Under the pieces are notes generated by a model, which ran no database searches, was not told where the DNA came from, and saw only the letters and a program-made list of their open reading frames with translations. The translations under genes were made by a program, and so were the position numbers. From NCBI RefSeq assembly GCF_055900595.2, contig NZ_CM148325.1: a stretch of DNA of 64,000 bases. One strand, 5' to 3'. Below, in pieces: positions 1-9,030 of this stretch (position 1 is the stretch's first letter; each line of letters opens with the position of its first letter).

Positions 1-301
1 TGAATTCTGATTCTTAGTTTCAGCAATGTAACGTCCATCACCAGACATATGATCAGGAAGTCGATAATCTTTTTTGCCGCTAGCACTTGGGATTTTTACC
101 GTATTTTTAGGTAGTCCAGTTAATTCAGAAGAATTTTTCTCACCCGCCTTACCTAAATCTGTACAGGCTTTTCCTCCCTTTAATCCTAAAGGATCGATCC
201 AGCCTAACGGATTCGGCGCATACTGATAAAGATTCAGTCCCCCCGCCAGCCCTATCGGGTCTGGCTGCGTAAACCGCCCGCAGTCCGGATCGTAGTACCT
301 G
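1..301 (-). pseudogene. Orphan rhs C-terminal fragment (5'-truncated, no start codon); runs off the window start
   Basis: Minus-strand translation from ~301 gives [41 protein letters not shown] followed by a divergent tail ([16 protein letters not shown]...). An in-frame stop lies immediately upstream and there is no ATG. Confidence 0.6.
188..301. repeat. Direct repeat copy 1 (~113 bp, ~85% identical to 1074..1185): conserved Rhs core/CT junction
   Basis: Aligned by eye: ggatcgatcc...gattcagtccccccgccagccctatcgggtc...ccggatcgtagtacctg is shared with the main rhs junction. Confidence 0.7.
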
Positions 302-409
302 AGTAAGTATACCCACGCTCAAGATGCATCTCTTAAAAATAAAGAAGCAGCGCAGTGTTTATTACCTTCTGCGATTACACTCGCTGCATGCAACTCTGAT
401 GCTTCACGA

Positions 410-736
410 CTATTTATTTAAACCGGACATATTAATACCTATATACGATAATTCATCTAAATCTTGATGCCTATTTGTAGGTTCTAAATAACGTGCAGGA
501 AATAAATCCCTGGCAGCATGATAATATAAAATAGAGATAATATCCTTTTGTATTTCCTTCAATGCCTCTCTATTTTCACAACCAGTAATTTCATAAACCT
601 CCTGATCGCTACAATTTTCTAATACATAATTTATGCACGATTCATAAATCATCAAACCGTCTTCTGATACATCAATGTGAAATTGATTCACTGTTCCTGA
701 AGGATTTCTATGTTCCAATAAATACATTTCTCTCAC
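410..736 (-). CDS. Putative Rhs immunity protein (RhsI), 108 aa, cognate to the CT toxin of the upstream rhs
   Basis: Starts 3 nt after the rhs stop on the same strand with a GTG start; AT-rich like the rhs tip. This is the canonical position for an immunity gene. Confidence 0.6.
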   Translation of the reverse strand: MREMYLLEHRNPSGTVNQFHIDVSEDGLMIYESCINYVLENCSDQEVYEITGCENREALKEIQKDIISILYYHAARDLFPARYLEPTNRHQDLDELSYIGINMSGLNK

Positions 737-739
737 CTA

Positions 740-3700
740 TTAAAATCTTACATAATCACTAAATATATCTCTAAATTCATCAAGTTCACTTTGAGTTGGT
801 CTTTCCCATCGGTCAGTATTTCTATTCATTCGATGTTGGATATTTTTCCTAGAGATATCCCTCATAGATGTGACAATTTCAGAACCATCTTTTTCAATTA
901 TATGTGCTCTGCCATTTGGTCCCAGTACAACCCACCGCCCATCTGATTGCTTTAATATATCGCTAGAACGCGCATTTTGAAGATCATTAATAACAGCACC
1001 AATAGGTCGACCTTCACGATGCCGTTGTAAAGCATGACTACTTTTCTTCAAAGTAGCACACATCTGTCCCAACGGATCGATCCAACTTAATGGATTCGGT
1101 GCATATTGATAGAGATTCAGTCCCCCCGCCAGCCCTATCGGGTCCGTTACCATGAACCGCCCGACATCCGGATCATAGTACCTGTGCAGATTGTAATGCA
1201 GCCCTGTTTCCCTGTCGAGGTACTGTCCCTGGTAGCGCAGGTTCTGCTCCACCCCGCCGTGGTCCTTCTCCTGTATCGTGTTACCCCAGACCTGATACCC
1301 CGTCTCCCACACGATTTTCCCGTCACTGTCCGTCATCTCTTCCGGCGCACCGTTCACATCCGTGTGAAAATACAGTATCCGGTTCGGTCCCTCTTTGCCC
1401 GCCTTATCCACCCGCGCCAGCGGTTCATAACTCCCCTGGTCACTGTAGATATACAGGCTGCCTGTTCCCTCCGGCCTGCTCTCCTGCGCCAGCCGCATTC
1501 CGTCCCATAAAAATGTCGTCCGGTTATACGGTTTACCGTCAGGGCTGATGTGCTGTTTTTCCGTCCGCCTCCCCAGCGCATCGTACACATACCGGTACGT
1601 TCCCCGCGCTGTCGTCACTTCCACCATCCGGTGTTCCGCATCATAACGGTAACTCTGCGCTCCGCTCCGGCCCTGCTTTTCCACCGTCCGGCCAAATTCG
1701 TCGTAACGGTAGTGCACACCACGGTAAGACATCAGCCGGTTGAACGGCACAACGCTGTTTTCTGCCGTGGCCCTTTCCCCCGCACGCCGCCCCAGCAGGT
1801 TTCCCGCCGCGTCGTACTGCCAGCTCGCCAGATACCCCTCATCCTCCGAGCGGCACGCCGTGATGCGCCCCGTGGGGTCGTAGAAGTAATCCGTTTCCCC
1901 CCGCCGGCTGTGCCGCGTCTTCAGCAGTTCATCCTCGCCGCTGTAGCTGTACTGCCGGTCCGTGAACGTCTCCGGTACCACCCCGCGCATCCCGCTGTAT
2001 GTCTCCCTGCGCTTCAGCCGCCCGGCGGTGTCGTAAAGCTGCCGCGTGCTCAGTCGCCCCTGACTTCTGAGCACCTCCCGGTGCAGGGCGTCACGTGTGA
2101 ACTCGCTGATGACCTCCCGGTCCAGATTTATCTGCTGGAGATGGCCGCTGCCGTAGTACAGATGGCGCTGCGTTCTGCCGTCCGGAAAGGTGGTGGCTGT
2201 CCGGTTGCCCAGTTCATCGTACTGATGGGTCAGGACGCCCTGCGCCGTCTCCTCGGTCAGCATCCGCCCCAGTCTGTCGTAACTGAAGCGGATAACTTCC
2301 GGCGCGTCAGTTTCGTGCCGCTGGCGGCGGATTTCCAGTAGCTGGTCTGCCGCATCATGGACGTATTCCGTATGGCTATCGGCTGTCTCCTTTGCCGTGA
2401 GCCGGCCCGCCGCATCGCGCGCCAGCCGGTGACGGATTTCACCGCCCCGGTCCCCGGTGAACACCACTTCCGTGACCGCGTTCAGCGCGTTGTAACGGTA
2501 CGCCTGGCGGCAGCCGTCCGGATTTATCTGCTCCGCCAGACGGTCCAGCACATCATGGCGGAACCGGTAGCTTTCTCCGTTCTCGTTCGTGAGCGTGACC
2601 AGACGCCCGTAAGCATCGTACCCGAACGCCGTCCTGCGCCCCGTCGCGTCTGTCCGGCTGCGCACCCGGCCCTGCCCGTCCCGCTGCCAGCGCGTTATCC
2701 TCCCCATCGGGCTGGTGTACTTCACCAGCCTGCCCGCCGCGTCCGACTGGTAATTCACCGTGCGGCCGTCCGCCAGTATCACCTCCGTCAGATGACCGCT
2801 GTCGTCATACCCGTAGCGCGTGCTGTGGCTCTGCGCGTCTGTCATTCTGATAAGCCGCGTGCGTTCGTCGTAGAACCAGGCCGTCTGCGAGCCGGAACAG
2901 TCCGTGTGCCGCATGAGCTGCCCGTCTTCGTTCCACTGAAGGTATTTATTCCCCCCACGGGCATCGGTTATCTGCACCACCTGGCCGTGGCGGTCATACT
3001 GATACCGGGTGTTCTGCTGCAGCGGGTCGGTCACCGCAAGAAGATTGCCGCGTTCATCGTACTCACAGCACCAGCTGTTCCCCGCCGCGTCCACCTCCGT
3101 TTCCGGCTGGTGCCACACCGGGTGCCACTGTGTCTGTGCCACCCGCCCCAGCGGGTCGTGCGTCTCCGTGATATGCCCCTGCCGGTCATACACATAGCGC
3201 CATTTGCCGCCCTGCGCATCGCTCATTCCCAGTAACAGCCGTTCTTCGTCGCTCCAGCGGAACGTCGTCACCTGCCCGGCTTCGTCCTGGTACGCCGTCA
3301 CCTGGTTCTGCGCATCCCACTGATGATAACGCGTGCGCCCCAGCCCGTCCGTCACGCACAGCCTGCGTGCCGCCAGGCTCCACGCCAGCCGGTACTGTTC
3401 ACCGCTGTCCGTGTGGTGCCCCGTCACCCGCCACGCTGCGTCATCCGGGCCTTCATACCAGCCCCACTGGTAATAATACCCTTCGCCGCCCGGCTGGCGG
3501 TGCAGGGTCATGCAGTGGTTTTCGTCGTAAGCAAACTCACGCAGCAGGTGCCCCGTGCTGTCGTACACGCCGTTCAGGTCGCCGGCCTCGTCATAGCGGT
3601 AACGACGCAGCAGTAAAGGAGCCGTCTCAGGGAAATGCTGATAAATCTGTGTCACCCGCCGGGGATGCGCCGCCAGTTCATAATGCAGACGAATGCACGG

Positions 3701-5371
3701 ACGCTGCTGTTCACCGCTGATTTGCGTGATGCGCCCCAGCTCGTCGTAGTACAGATTCAGACAGTTGCTGTTGCGGTCGCCCAGCATTTTCAGCCGCTGG
3801 CGCTGCGGGTGATGCGGGTCGGCTTCAAACAGAAAAAACTGCCCGTCATCGCTGCTGATAAGCCAGTGCCCCTGCTCACCCCGCCGTACTGCCAGTCCTT
3901 CGCCGGGGCTGTAAAACCCGCTCCCCGGCAGCACGGCCTCCATATCCAGGCGTCGTCCCATGCCCGACACAAAGGTCATACAGTTTTCGTCAGCAGTACC
4001 CGGCGTGCGCTCGAGGCTGACTTCATACATCACGCTCCAGCCCTGCCCGAACATCCCTTCCGTGCGGTCGTCACGACTGCTGTACACGCGCTGCCAGTCC
4101 AGCGGAAAGTGGCCCGGCAGACTGAAATCGAAGTCATCGTCATCCGCCAGATATTTGGCTCCGGTGGCGGCATTGACCGGATGCGGAAGGGCACTGATGG
4201 CCTTCTGCGTCATCACCCCCATCCCGACACTGGCAGCAAAACAGGCGATTTTAGAAAGCATTTTGCCCGGGCGAAGAAACATCAGCGCCACGGTTGCCAC
4301 CAGGGTTATCTGCGACCTGCCGCTTCTGATATCCCTGACCACCAGTAACGGACCGCCAATGCGGACATCCGGTGACAAAAACGCCCCGTTCCCCGGCTCA
4401 TTCACCACCCTGGCCTCGCAGGTACAGCGTGCCCCGCTGCGTGCCGCCGGCTGGCTGTTGATACGCACATCCCGCGCGCCTTCCGCGATATATTCCGCTG
4501 CGGGCGGTTCATCATCGCCTTTGAACAGATTACTGATGCTGCCAATAACCGCATTCACTCCCTGAAAGGCGGTTTCCAGCATACCGCCCGGACTCAACAG
4601 GTTAAGGGCCGTTCCCAGGGGGTCATCCAGAAAGGCGGCTTTTTTTTGTGCGAGAAACTGCGTCAGTGAGGAGGGATGTTTATGGCAGTCGATTTTATCG
4701 TCAGGGGTCGGGGTGGAGCCCGGGGCCGCACTGGCCACGGTGGGCTGCCATAGTTCCGACACAAAATGTGTCACGCCATCCACCATTTCAGAACGCCCTT
4801 CTTCCGTACTGAGCTGGTCGTGCAGCGCCCGGGACATCAGCACAGGCCCTGTCACCGGGTTAACCGCCAGGGCTATGGCCCCCGCCATTTCCAGATATTC
4901 CCCGGCCACATCCAGAAACGTTCTGGCATCCTCCTGACGCTGCGCTTCTTCCTGTTCCGCCTTCGCCTTCGCCTGCGCCTCCTGCGCCTCAATGTCCTGC
5001 CGTGATGCCGCAGTCGCCGCGGCCCGCGCGGCAGGTTTGCTGTTGATCCATGTGTCGCCAGAGCCGGTGAGGATGTAACCTTCAATCTGAGGCGGGAAAA
5101 GCCAGTTCGCCAGTTGCTCACTTTCCCTACTGATTCGGTCATTCCAGCCCTGATACGACATAAATACCGCTGTTGCTATACCGATCGCTAAAATGGTTGA
5201 GCAGCCCAGCGTTGCCACTTCAACTCCGCCCAGCGCCGCCATGGTTCCGACAACCAGAACATCCACCAGGGCTGTGGCGGCAACCTCTACAACTGCCCCC
5301 AGCACATCTGCTATAAACGACGTATGCAGCAGGGCATCACCCTGCCTTGCTGCCCAGAATGCCTCTTCCAT
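740..5371 (-). CDS. prePAAR/PAAR-Rhs type VI secretion effector, 1543 aa
   Basis: N-terminus carries an AARxxDxxxH prePAAR motif (AARQGDALLH, residues 7-16) and hydrophobic segments flanking a PAAR-like region. Long YD/Rhs repeat core follows. Core ends with [26 protein letters not shown], then a 108-aa C-terminal tip. Confidence 0.9.
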   Translation of the reverse strand: MEEAFWAARQGDALLHTSFIADVLGAVVEVAATALVDVLVVGTMAALGGVEVATLGCSTILAIGIATAVFMSYQGWNDRISRESEQLANWLFPPQIEGYILTGSGDTWINSKPAARAAATAASRQDIEAQEAQAKAKAEQEEAQRQEDARTFLDVAGEYLEMAGAIALAVNPVTGPVLMSRALHDQLSTEEGRSEMVDGVTHFVSELWQPTVASAAPGSTPTPDDKIDCHKHPSSLTQFLAQKKAAFLDDPLGTALNLLSPGGMLETAFQGVNAVIGSISNLFKGDDEPPAAEYIAEGARDVRINSQPAARSGARCTCEARVVNEPGNGAFLSPDVRIGGPLLVVRDIRSGRSQITLVATVALMFLRPGKMLSKIACFAASVGMGVMTQKAISALPHPVNAATGAKYLADDDDFDFSLPGHFPLDWQRVYSSRDDRTEGMFGQGWSVMYEVSLERTPGTADENCMTFVSGMGRRLDMEAVLPGSGFYSPGEGLAVRRGEQGHWLISSDDGQFFLFEADPHHPQRQRLKMLGDRNSNCLNLYYDELGRITQISGEQQRPCIRLHYELAAHPRRVTQIYQHFPETAPLLLRRYRYDEAGDLNGVYDSTGHLLREFAYDENHCMTLHRQPGGEGYYYQWGWYEGPDDAAWRVTGHHTDSGEQYRLAWSLAARRLCVTDGLGRTRYHQWDAQNQVTAYQDEAGQVTTFRWSDEERLLLGMSDAQGGKWRYVYDRQGHITETHDPLGRVAQTQWHPVWHQPETEVDAAGNSWCCEYDERGNLLAVTDPLQQNTRYQYDRHGQVVQITDARGGNKYLQWNEDGQLMRHTDCSGSQTAWFYDERTRLIRMTDAQSHSTRYGYDDSGHLTEVILADGRTVNYQSDAAGRLVKYTSPMGRITRWQRDGQGRVRSRTDATGRRTAFGYDAYGRLVTLTNENGESYRFRHDVLDRLAEQINPDGCRQAYRYNALNAVTEVVFTGDRGGEIRHRLARDAAGRLTAKETADSHTEYVHDAADQLLEIRRQRHETDAPEVIRFSYDRLGRMLTEETAQGVLTHQYDELGNRTATTFPDGRTQRHLYYGSGHLQQINLDREVISEFTRDALHREVLRSQGRLSTRQLYDTAGRLKRRETYSGMRGVVPETFTDRQYSYSGEDELLKTRHSRRGETDYFYDPTGRITACRSEDEGYLASWQYDAAGNLLGRRAGERATAENSVVPFNRLMSYRGVHYRYDEFGRTVEKQGRSGAQSYRYDAEHRMVEVTTARGTYRYVYDALGRRTEKQHISPDGKPYNRTTFLWDGMRLAQESRPEGTGSLYIYSDQGSYEPLARVDKAGKEGPNRILYFHTDVNGAPEEMTDSDGKIVWETGYQVWGNTIQEKDHGGVEQNLRYQGQYLDRETGLHYNLHRYYDPDVGRFMVTDPIGLAGGLNLYQYAPNPLSWIDPLGQMCATLKKSSHALQRHREGRPIGAVINDLQNARSSDILKQSDGRWVVLGPNGRAHIIEKDGSEIVTSMRDISRKNIQHRMNRNTDRWERPTQSELDEFRDIFSDYVRF
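743..1066 (-). other. Rhs C-terminal toxin domain (108 aa after the DPLG junction), activity unknown
   Basis: Sequence after IDPLG: QMCATLKKSSHALQRHREGRPIGAVINDLQ...DEFRDIFSDYVRF. Composition drops sharply to AT-rich relative to the GC-rich core. Confidence 0.6.
1074..1185. repeat. Direct repeat copy 2 (Rhs core/CT junction within the full-length rhs)
   Basis: ~85% identical to 188..301. Confidence 0.7.
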
Positions 5372-5389
5372 GTCCCGTTCCCTGTGTGA

Positions 5390-5842
5390 TTAATTCGTCC
5401 CGGCTTCCTGCCGTATCCTGAAGCGCAGATTCTTTTTAATTTCAGCCCAGCGCGTCATATCTGCCGGGGTCAGCGGTGTGGTTCTGGCGTAGGTGAAGGC
5501 CATCATGACCCGCTCACCCGGCAACACAAATGCCACCTGACACTGGTACACCTGCTCGTTACCCCGGAGAAACTGACTCTGTATTTCCAGCCCTTCTTCA
5601 CCGTCATTAATCCCTACCCGTGTTACCTGAACGGGCGTGTAGTGAAGATCCTTTACCTGTTTCTCCAGTTTTTTCATTTGCTGTTCAATCTGGGAGGCTA
5701 ATTCGTCTCCTTCCTGCATCTGGCCCCGGCTGATAATGAGTGCAGCGTCGGGATCGCTGAGACGCAGCATATTAATCGTACTGTCCTGAATAATATTCCC
5801 GGGGAAAGTTACAACAGTTTCATTGAGATAATACTCCGTCAT
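5390..5842 (-). CDS. DUF1795/EagR-family chaperone for the prePAAR-Rhs effector, 150 aa
   Basis: Sits between vgrG and rhs on the same strand, 18 bp upstream of the rhs start; size and N-terminal pattern (MTEYYLNETVVTFPG) fit the Eag family. Confidence 0.65.
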   Translation of the reverse strand: MTEYYLNETVVTFPGNIIQDSTINMLRLSDPDAALIISRGQMQEGDELASQIEQQMKKLEKQVKDLHYTPVQVTRVGINDGEEGLEIQSQFLRGNEQVYQCQVAFVLPGERVMMAFTYARTTPLTPADMTRWAEIKKNLRFRIRQEAGTN

Positions 5843-5892
5843 AATGGTATGAGTCCTTGTTAATTAATAAATTATTTAATGATGGTTTTTAT

Positions 5893-7887
5893 TTATTTTT
5901 TAGTCATGAAGGTGACGTCTATTGCCAACTGAAGGGCTGTTTTCTCCGATGTTCCAGGCGGAGGTATATCTGCCGCTCTGTCATTCATATTTAAATCAAG
6001 CTGCCCTGATTGTGTATTTATCTTTCCATTTTCCGTTGCGGTAATATTAAAATTCTTACAGGTTATATTAAATATTCCGTCACTGGTCATTTGCAGGATA
6101 GTTTCTCCGCAGCTAAGAATAATGGAATCTCCCGCAGCAAGGCGTAAATTCTGTACGGCCTGAATCGTTTTATTTCGTCCGGCAAGGGAGGTATCATCCG
6201 TCTGGACTGTTAGAGAACGTTTCTCACCAATAATCGCAGTTTCTGTTTTATCAATGACTTTAAGGCGATTATTGCCCACCCAGTGGCTTTCATTATTATT
6301 TACTTCAATGCGTTGATCTTTCTCGGCATGCAACCAGATTTCTTCTCCGCCAGTTTTATCCTCAAAACGCAAGGCGTTAGCATTGGTCGGGCCGCCGCCG
6401 ATAGTGTGGCTGTAAAACCCGCTTTGCGTCGCTGCGCCCGGTAGTCCCCACGGTGGCATGGTGTCCTGATTGTAGGTACGCCCAACGATTATCGGTAAAT
6501 CCGGATCACCGTTTTTGAAATCCACCAGTACTTCCTGACCAATGCGCGGGATCTGAATGCCACCGAATCCTTTACCCGCCCACGGATAACTGACACGGAC
6601 CCAGCAGGAACTGTTTTCATCATTCTTACCGTAACGATCCCAGCCAAACTGAACTTTCACCCGGCCATATTTATCTGTCCAGATTTCCTGTCCCGTCGGG
6701 CCGGTCACGATGGCGCTCTGCGGGCCTTTAGTATGGGGTTTGCTCAGGGTTCGCTGCGGGCGGTAAACTTCGCTGGTGGGATGCAGTTCAAAGCTGGTTG
6801 AGTAAGAGAAATGCTGCTCCTGGCCGCTGTGTTGCGCATTGTCCTGTATAAATAGCGTGGTCTGAACCAGCAGATATTCCCGGTTCACTTCGGCTGTCGG
6901 ATAGTTTTCCAGGGTGAAGGTAAAACCTGTCATCAGGGTACGAATATTGCCGCTGCCCTGTACCCGACTACCGGGGCTACACTGTTCTTCCATGCGGATG
7001 CGTGTCAGCATTTCACCTTCACTCTTTGTGAAGTAGTCTCCCGGCCATTCGTAGTGCTCATATTCAGCAAGGCCAGTTTCACGCGGATTAGCCACGGTGC
7101 TCTTGAGCAGTGAACGCGGCTTCATAAAGTCGAAATCATTTAGTACCCACTGTCCGCTGCGCAGGCTTTCATTTGCTGTGATGGTATGGATAAATTCCTT
7201 GTCCAGTTTCAGCCCTTTCTGGTAATAACACACCAGTGGCGAATCTGCGCACGCCTTGTGGACATTAATGGCATCAGCCAGCACTAACGTGTGACTGTTC
7301 TCGTTGTGCTCAAACCACCAGTAGATACCCCACTCCTGCATCAGGCGCTGAATAAAATCGAAATCTGTTTCACCGTACTGCACCTGCCAGGCGCGAGTCG
7401 GATAATTTTCCACCAGTCGTTTTTCCACTGGCCAGGGGTACTCATCCAGTACCTCATCCAGGATCTCCACCACGTTTTTATTTTGAAACGCTTTGTAGTC
7501 ACTAGTGTGGGTCAGTATTTTTAACCACGGTTCAATCCGCAGTTCATACACCACCGAACGTCCTTGATGACCAGCCACGCGTGCCGCCGTCACCAGCCCG
7601 CTGATATAACGTTTTCCGCCGCCATCCAATTCGATATTGACGCACAGATCTTTGCCCACCATCGGTTTGAGCTGCAGGTTGGCTGCGGGGGAAACATAGC
7701 CCAGGTTCAGGATGTCAGGAGTTTTTAATTTAATAGAATAAGTAAATAGTTCCCCTACTGTTTCTGTCCCCCCTAAGCTTGCAAACAGTAACATTCCATC
7801 AGGAACTGCGCTGCCGCTCAAAGTCACGTTATGTGTACCCGATCCAGTTAGTGCGCCGGATGGATAATCTGTAGCTGCAAAACTCAT
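5893..7887 (-). CDS. vgrG: VgrG type VI secretion spike protein, 664 aa
   Basis: gp27/gp5-like hallmark segments ([62 protein letters not shown]) with a C-terminal beta-helix-like repeat region; 3' end is AT-rich. Confidence 0.9.
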   Translation of the reverse strand: MSFAATDYPSGALTGSGTHNVTLSGSAVPDGMLLFASLGGTETVGELFTYSIKLKTPDILNLGYVSPAANLQLKPMVGKDLCVNIELDGGGKRYISGLVTAARVAGHQGRSVVYELRIEPWLKILTHTSDYKAFQNKNVVEILDEVLDEYPWPVEKRLVENYPTRAWQVQYGETDFDFIQRLMQEWGIYWWFEHNENSHTLVLADAINVHKACADSPLVCYYQKGLKLDKEFIHTITANESLRSGQWVLNDFDFMKPRSLLKSTVANPRETGLAEYEHYEWPGDYFTKSEGEMLTRIRMEEQCSPGSRVQGSGNIRTLMTGFTFTLENYPTAEVNREYLLVQTTLFIQDNAQHSGQEQHFSYSTSFELHPTSEVYRPQRTLSKPHTKGPQSAIVTGPTGQEIWTDKYGRVKVQFGWDRYGKNDENSSCWVRVSYPWAGKGFGGIQIPRIGQEVLVDFKNGDPDLPIIVGRTYNQDTMPPWGLPGAATQSGFYSHTIGGGPTNANALRFEDKTGGEEIWLHAEKDQRIEVNNNESHWVGNNRLKVIDKTETAIIGEKRSLTVQTDDTSLAGRNKTIQAVQNLRLAAGDSIILSCGETILQMTSDGIFNITCKNFNITATENGKINTQSGQLDLNMNDRAADIPPPGTSEKTALQLAIDVTFMTKK

Positions 7888-8242
7888 AATTAATCCTTTT
7901 AACTAGAAATGGCTAAGTGCTAATAAGAAATCTTACAGAGAATAAAATATGCAATATATTCGTAGCTGGCATAAAACATCTCAATACTTATGCGTGCTAC
8001 TGAAGATACTATCAACCATATATGCCTTGAAGAATGCACCATCATGTTAACCTGGTGGAAACATTCACCTAAAGTACATTAATAAAACCAATAAAATTAT
8101 TTAATCTGTTATTTGATATGATTATCATCAAATCTTAAAATACGTTCCCCGGTTCTAATTATGCTAAAACCATAATATTCTTTTGTACTTCCGGAAGAGA
8201 GCATATATTTCCCGATATACATAACATCTGAAGATAGCTCAC

Positions 8243-8464
8243 TTATGTCAATACATTGGGATCGAACTGACCTGTCACTCTTTTCAATTTTATTGCATTG
8301 CCATATTTACCTTCATATAAAATATAATTTGAAATAATATTCCCATCGTCTGGTTTTGAACAAACCCGCCCGTCTTGTAAATATACATTACCGGGTAACA
8401 ATGGGCGAACATAATCACCAACAGTGCATCCCGATAAAAAGAATAACAAAAAGAATCTCTTCAT
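8243..8464 (-). CDS. Small predicted lipoprotein, 73 aa; candidate periplasmic immunity protein
   Basis: Signal peptide with lipobox (MKRFFLLFFLSGC). Start overlaps the stop of the upstream HExxH gene by 4 bp (ATGA), suggesting translational coupling. AT-rich. Confidence 0.55.
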   Translation of the reverse strand: MKRFFLLFFLSGCTVGDYVRPLLPGNVYLQDGRVCSKPDDGNIISNYILYEGKYGNAIKLKRVTGQFDPNVLT

Positions 8465-9030
8465 ATGACACCAGCAGGAAATAAATTAAGCACCTTCTTG
8501 TATTTTTCCGATAGAGTATTCACTGATTCTGTTGTATCACCTACATAGTTAACATTTGCCAAATCAGAGACCAATCCATAGTTAATCAATAGCCAATAAT
8601 CAGCAACTATAGATGCTTGTTGTTCCATAGAATAAGAAGAAATTGACTGTAAATTAAGATCGTAATGATAATTTGCCGCCCAGGAAAATAAACCACGCAA
8701 CTTAACTGCATACCCTTTCTGATATTGCCAAACATGCATCGTTTCATGAATAAACAAGTGAGAAGCACCTGCAACTGTTTCACGATCACCAGGCATTGCT
8801 TGCGATGAAAAATCTGAACTATAAACAGCATCAGGATAATACATTTCCCCGTTTGGGGTCATCGCTGTTCTTTCCCCTTGACCAGGCAAATATTTTTCAT
8901 TGTGGATCCATACCTTGCTATAATCAATTGTATTCTCAAAAATCGATCTGGCCAATGTTAATTCACCAGATGTCATTCTCCTTAATGATATATCCTTTCC
9001 CCTGGAAATAATATCTTTCAGATAAAACAC
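8461..9030 (-). CDS. Putative zincin-like metallopeptidase, 189 aa; candidate secreted effector
   Basis: HExxH motif extended to HETMHVWQYQ at residues 95-104, an HExxHxxQ pattern I recall as typical of DUF4157-type toxin domains. No signal peptide. AT-rich. Confidence 0.5.
   Translation of the reverse strand: MFYLKDIISRGKDISLRRMTSGELTLARSIFENTIDYSKVWIHNEKYLPGQGERTAMTPNGEMYYPDAVYSSDFSSQAMPGDRETVAGASHLFIHETMHVWQYQKGYAVKLRGLFSWAANYHYDLNLQSISSYSMEQQASIVADYWLLINYGLVSDLANVNYVGDTTESVNTLSEKYKKVLNLFPAGVI

Noticed and set aside
1106-4565. Series of plus-strand ORFs (1106..1510, 1550..2341, 2357..3235, 3323..3720, 3635..4348, 3960..4565 and others) inside the rhs gene
   Set aside because: They are antisense to a well-supported 1543-codon Rhs frame; long antisense ORFs are expected in GC-rich sequence, and they have Arg/Pro-rich composition with no motifs.
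4873-5142. 89-aa ORF with a poly-Arg run
   Set aside because: Alternate-frame reading of the GCC/GCG repeat that encodes the Ala/Gln/Glu linker of Rhs.
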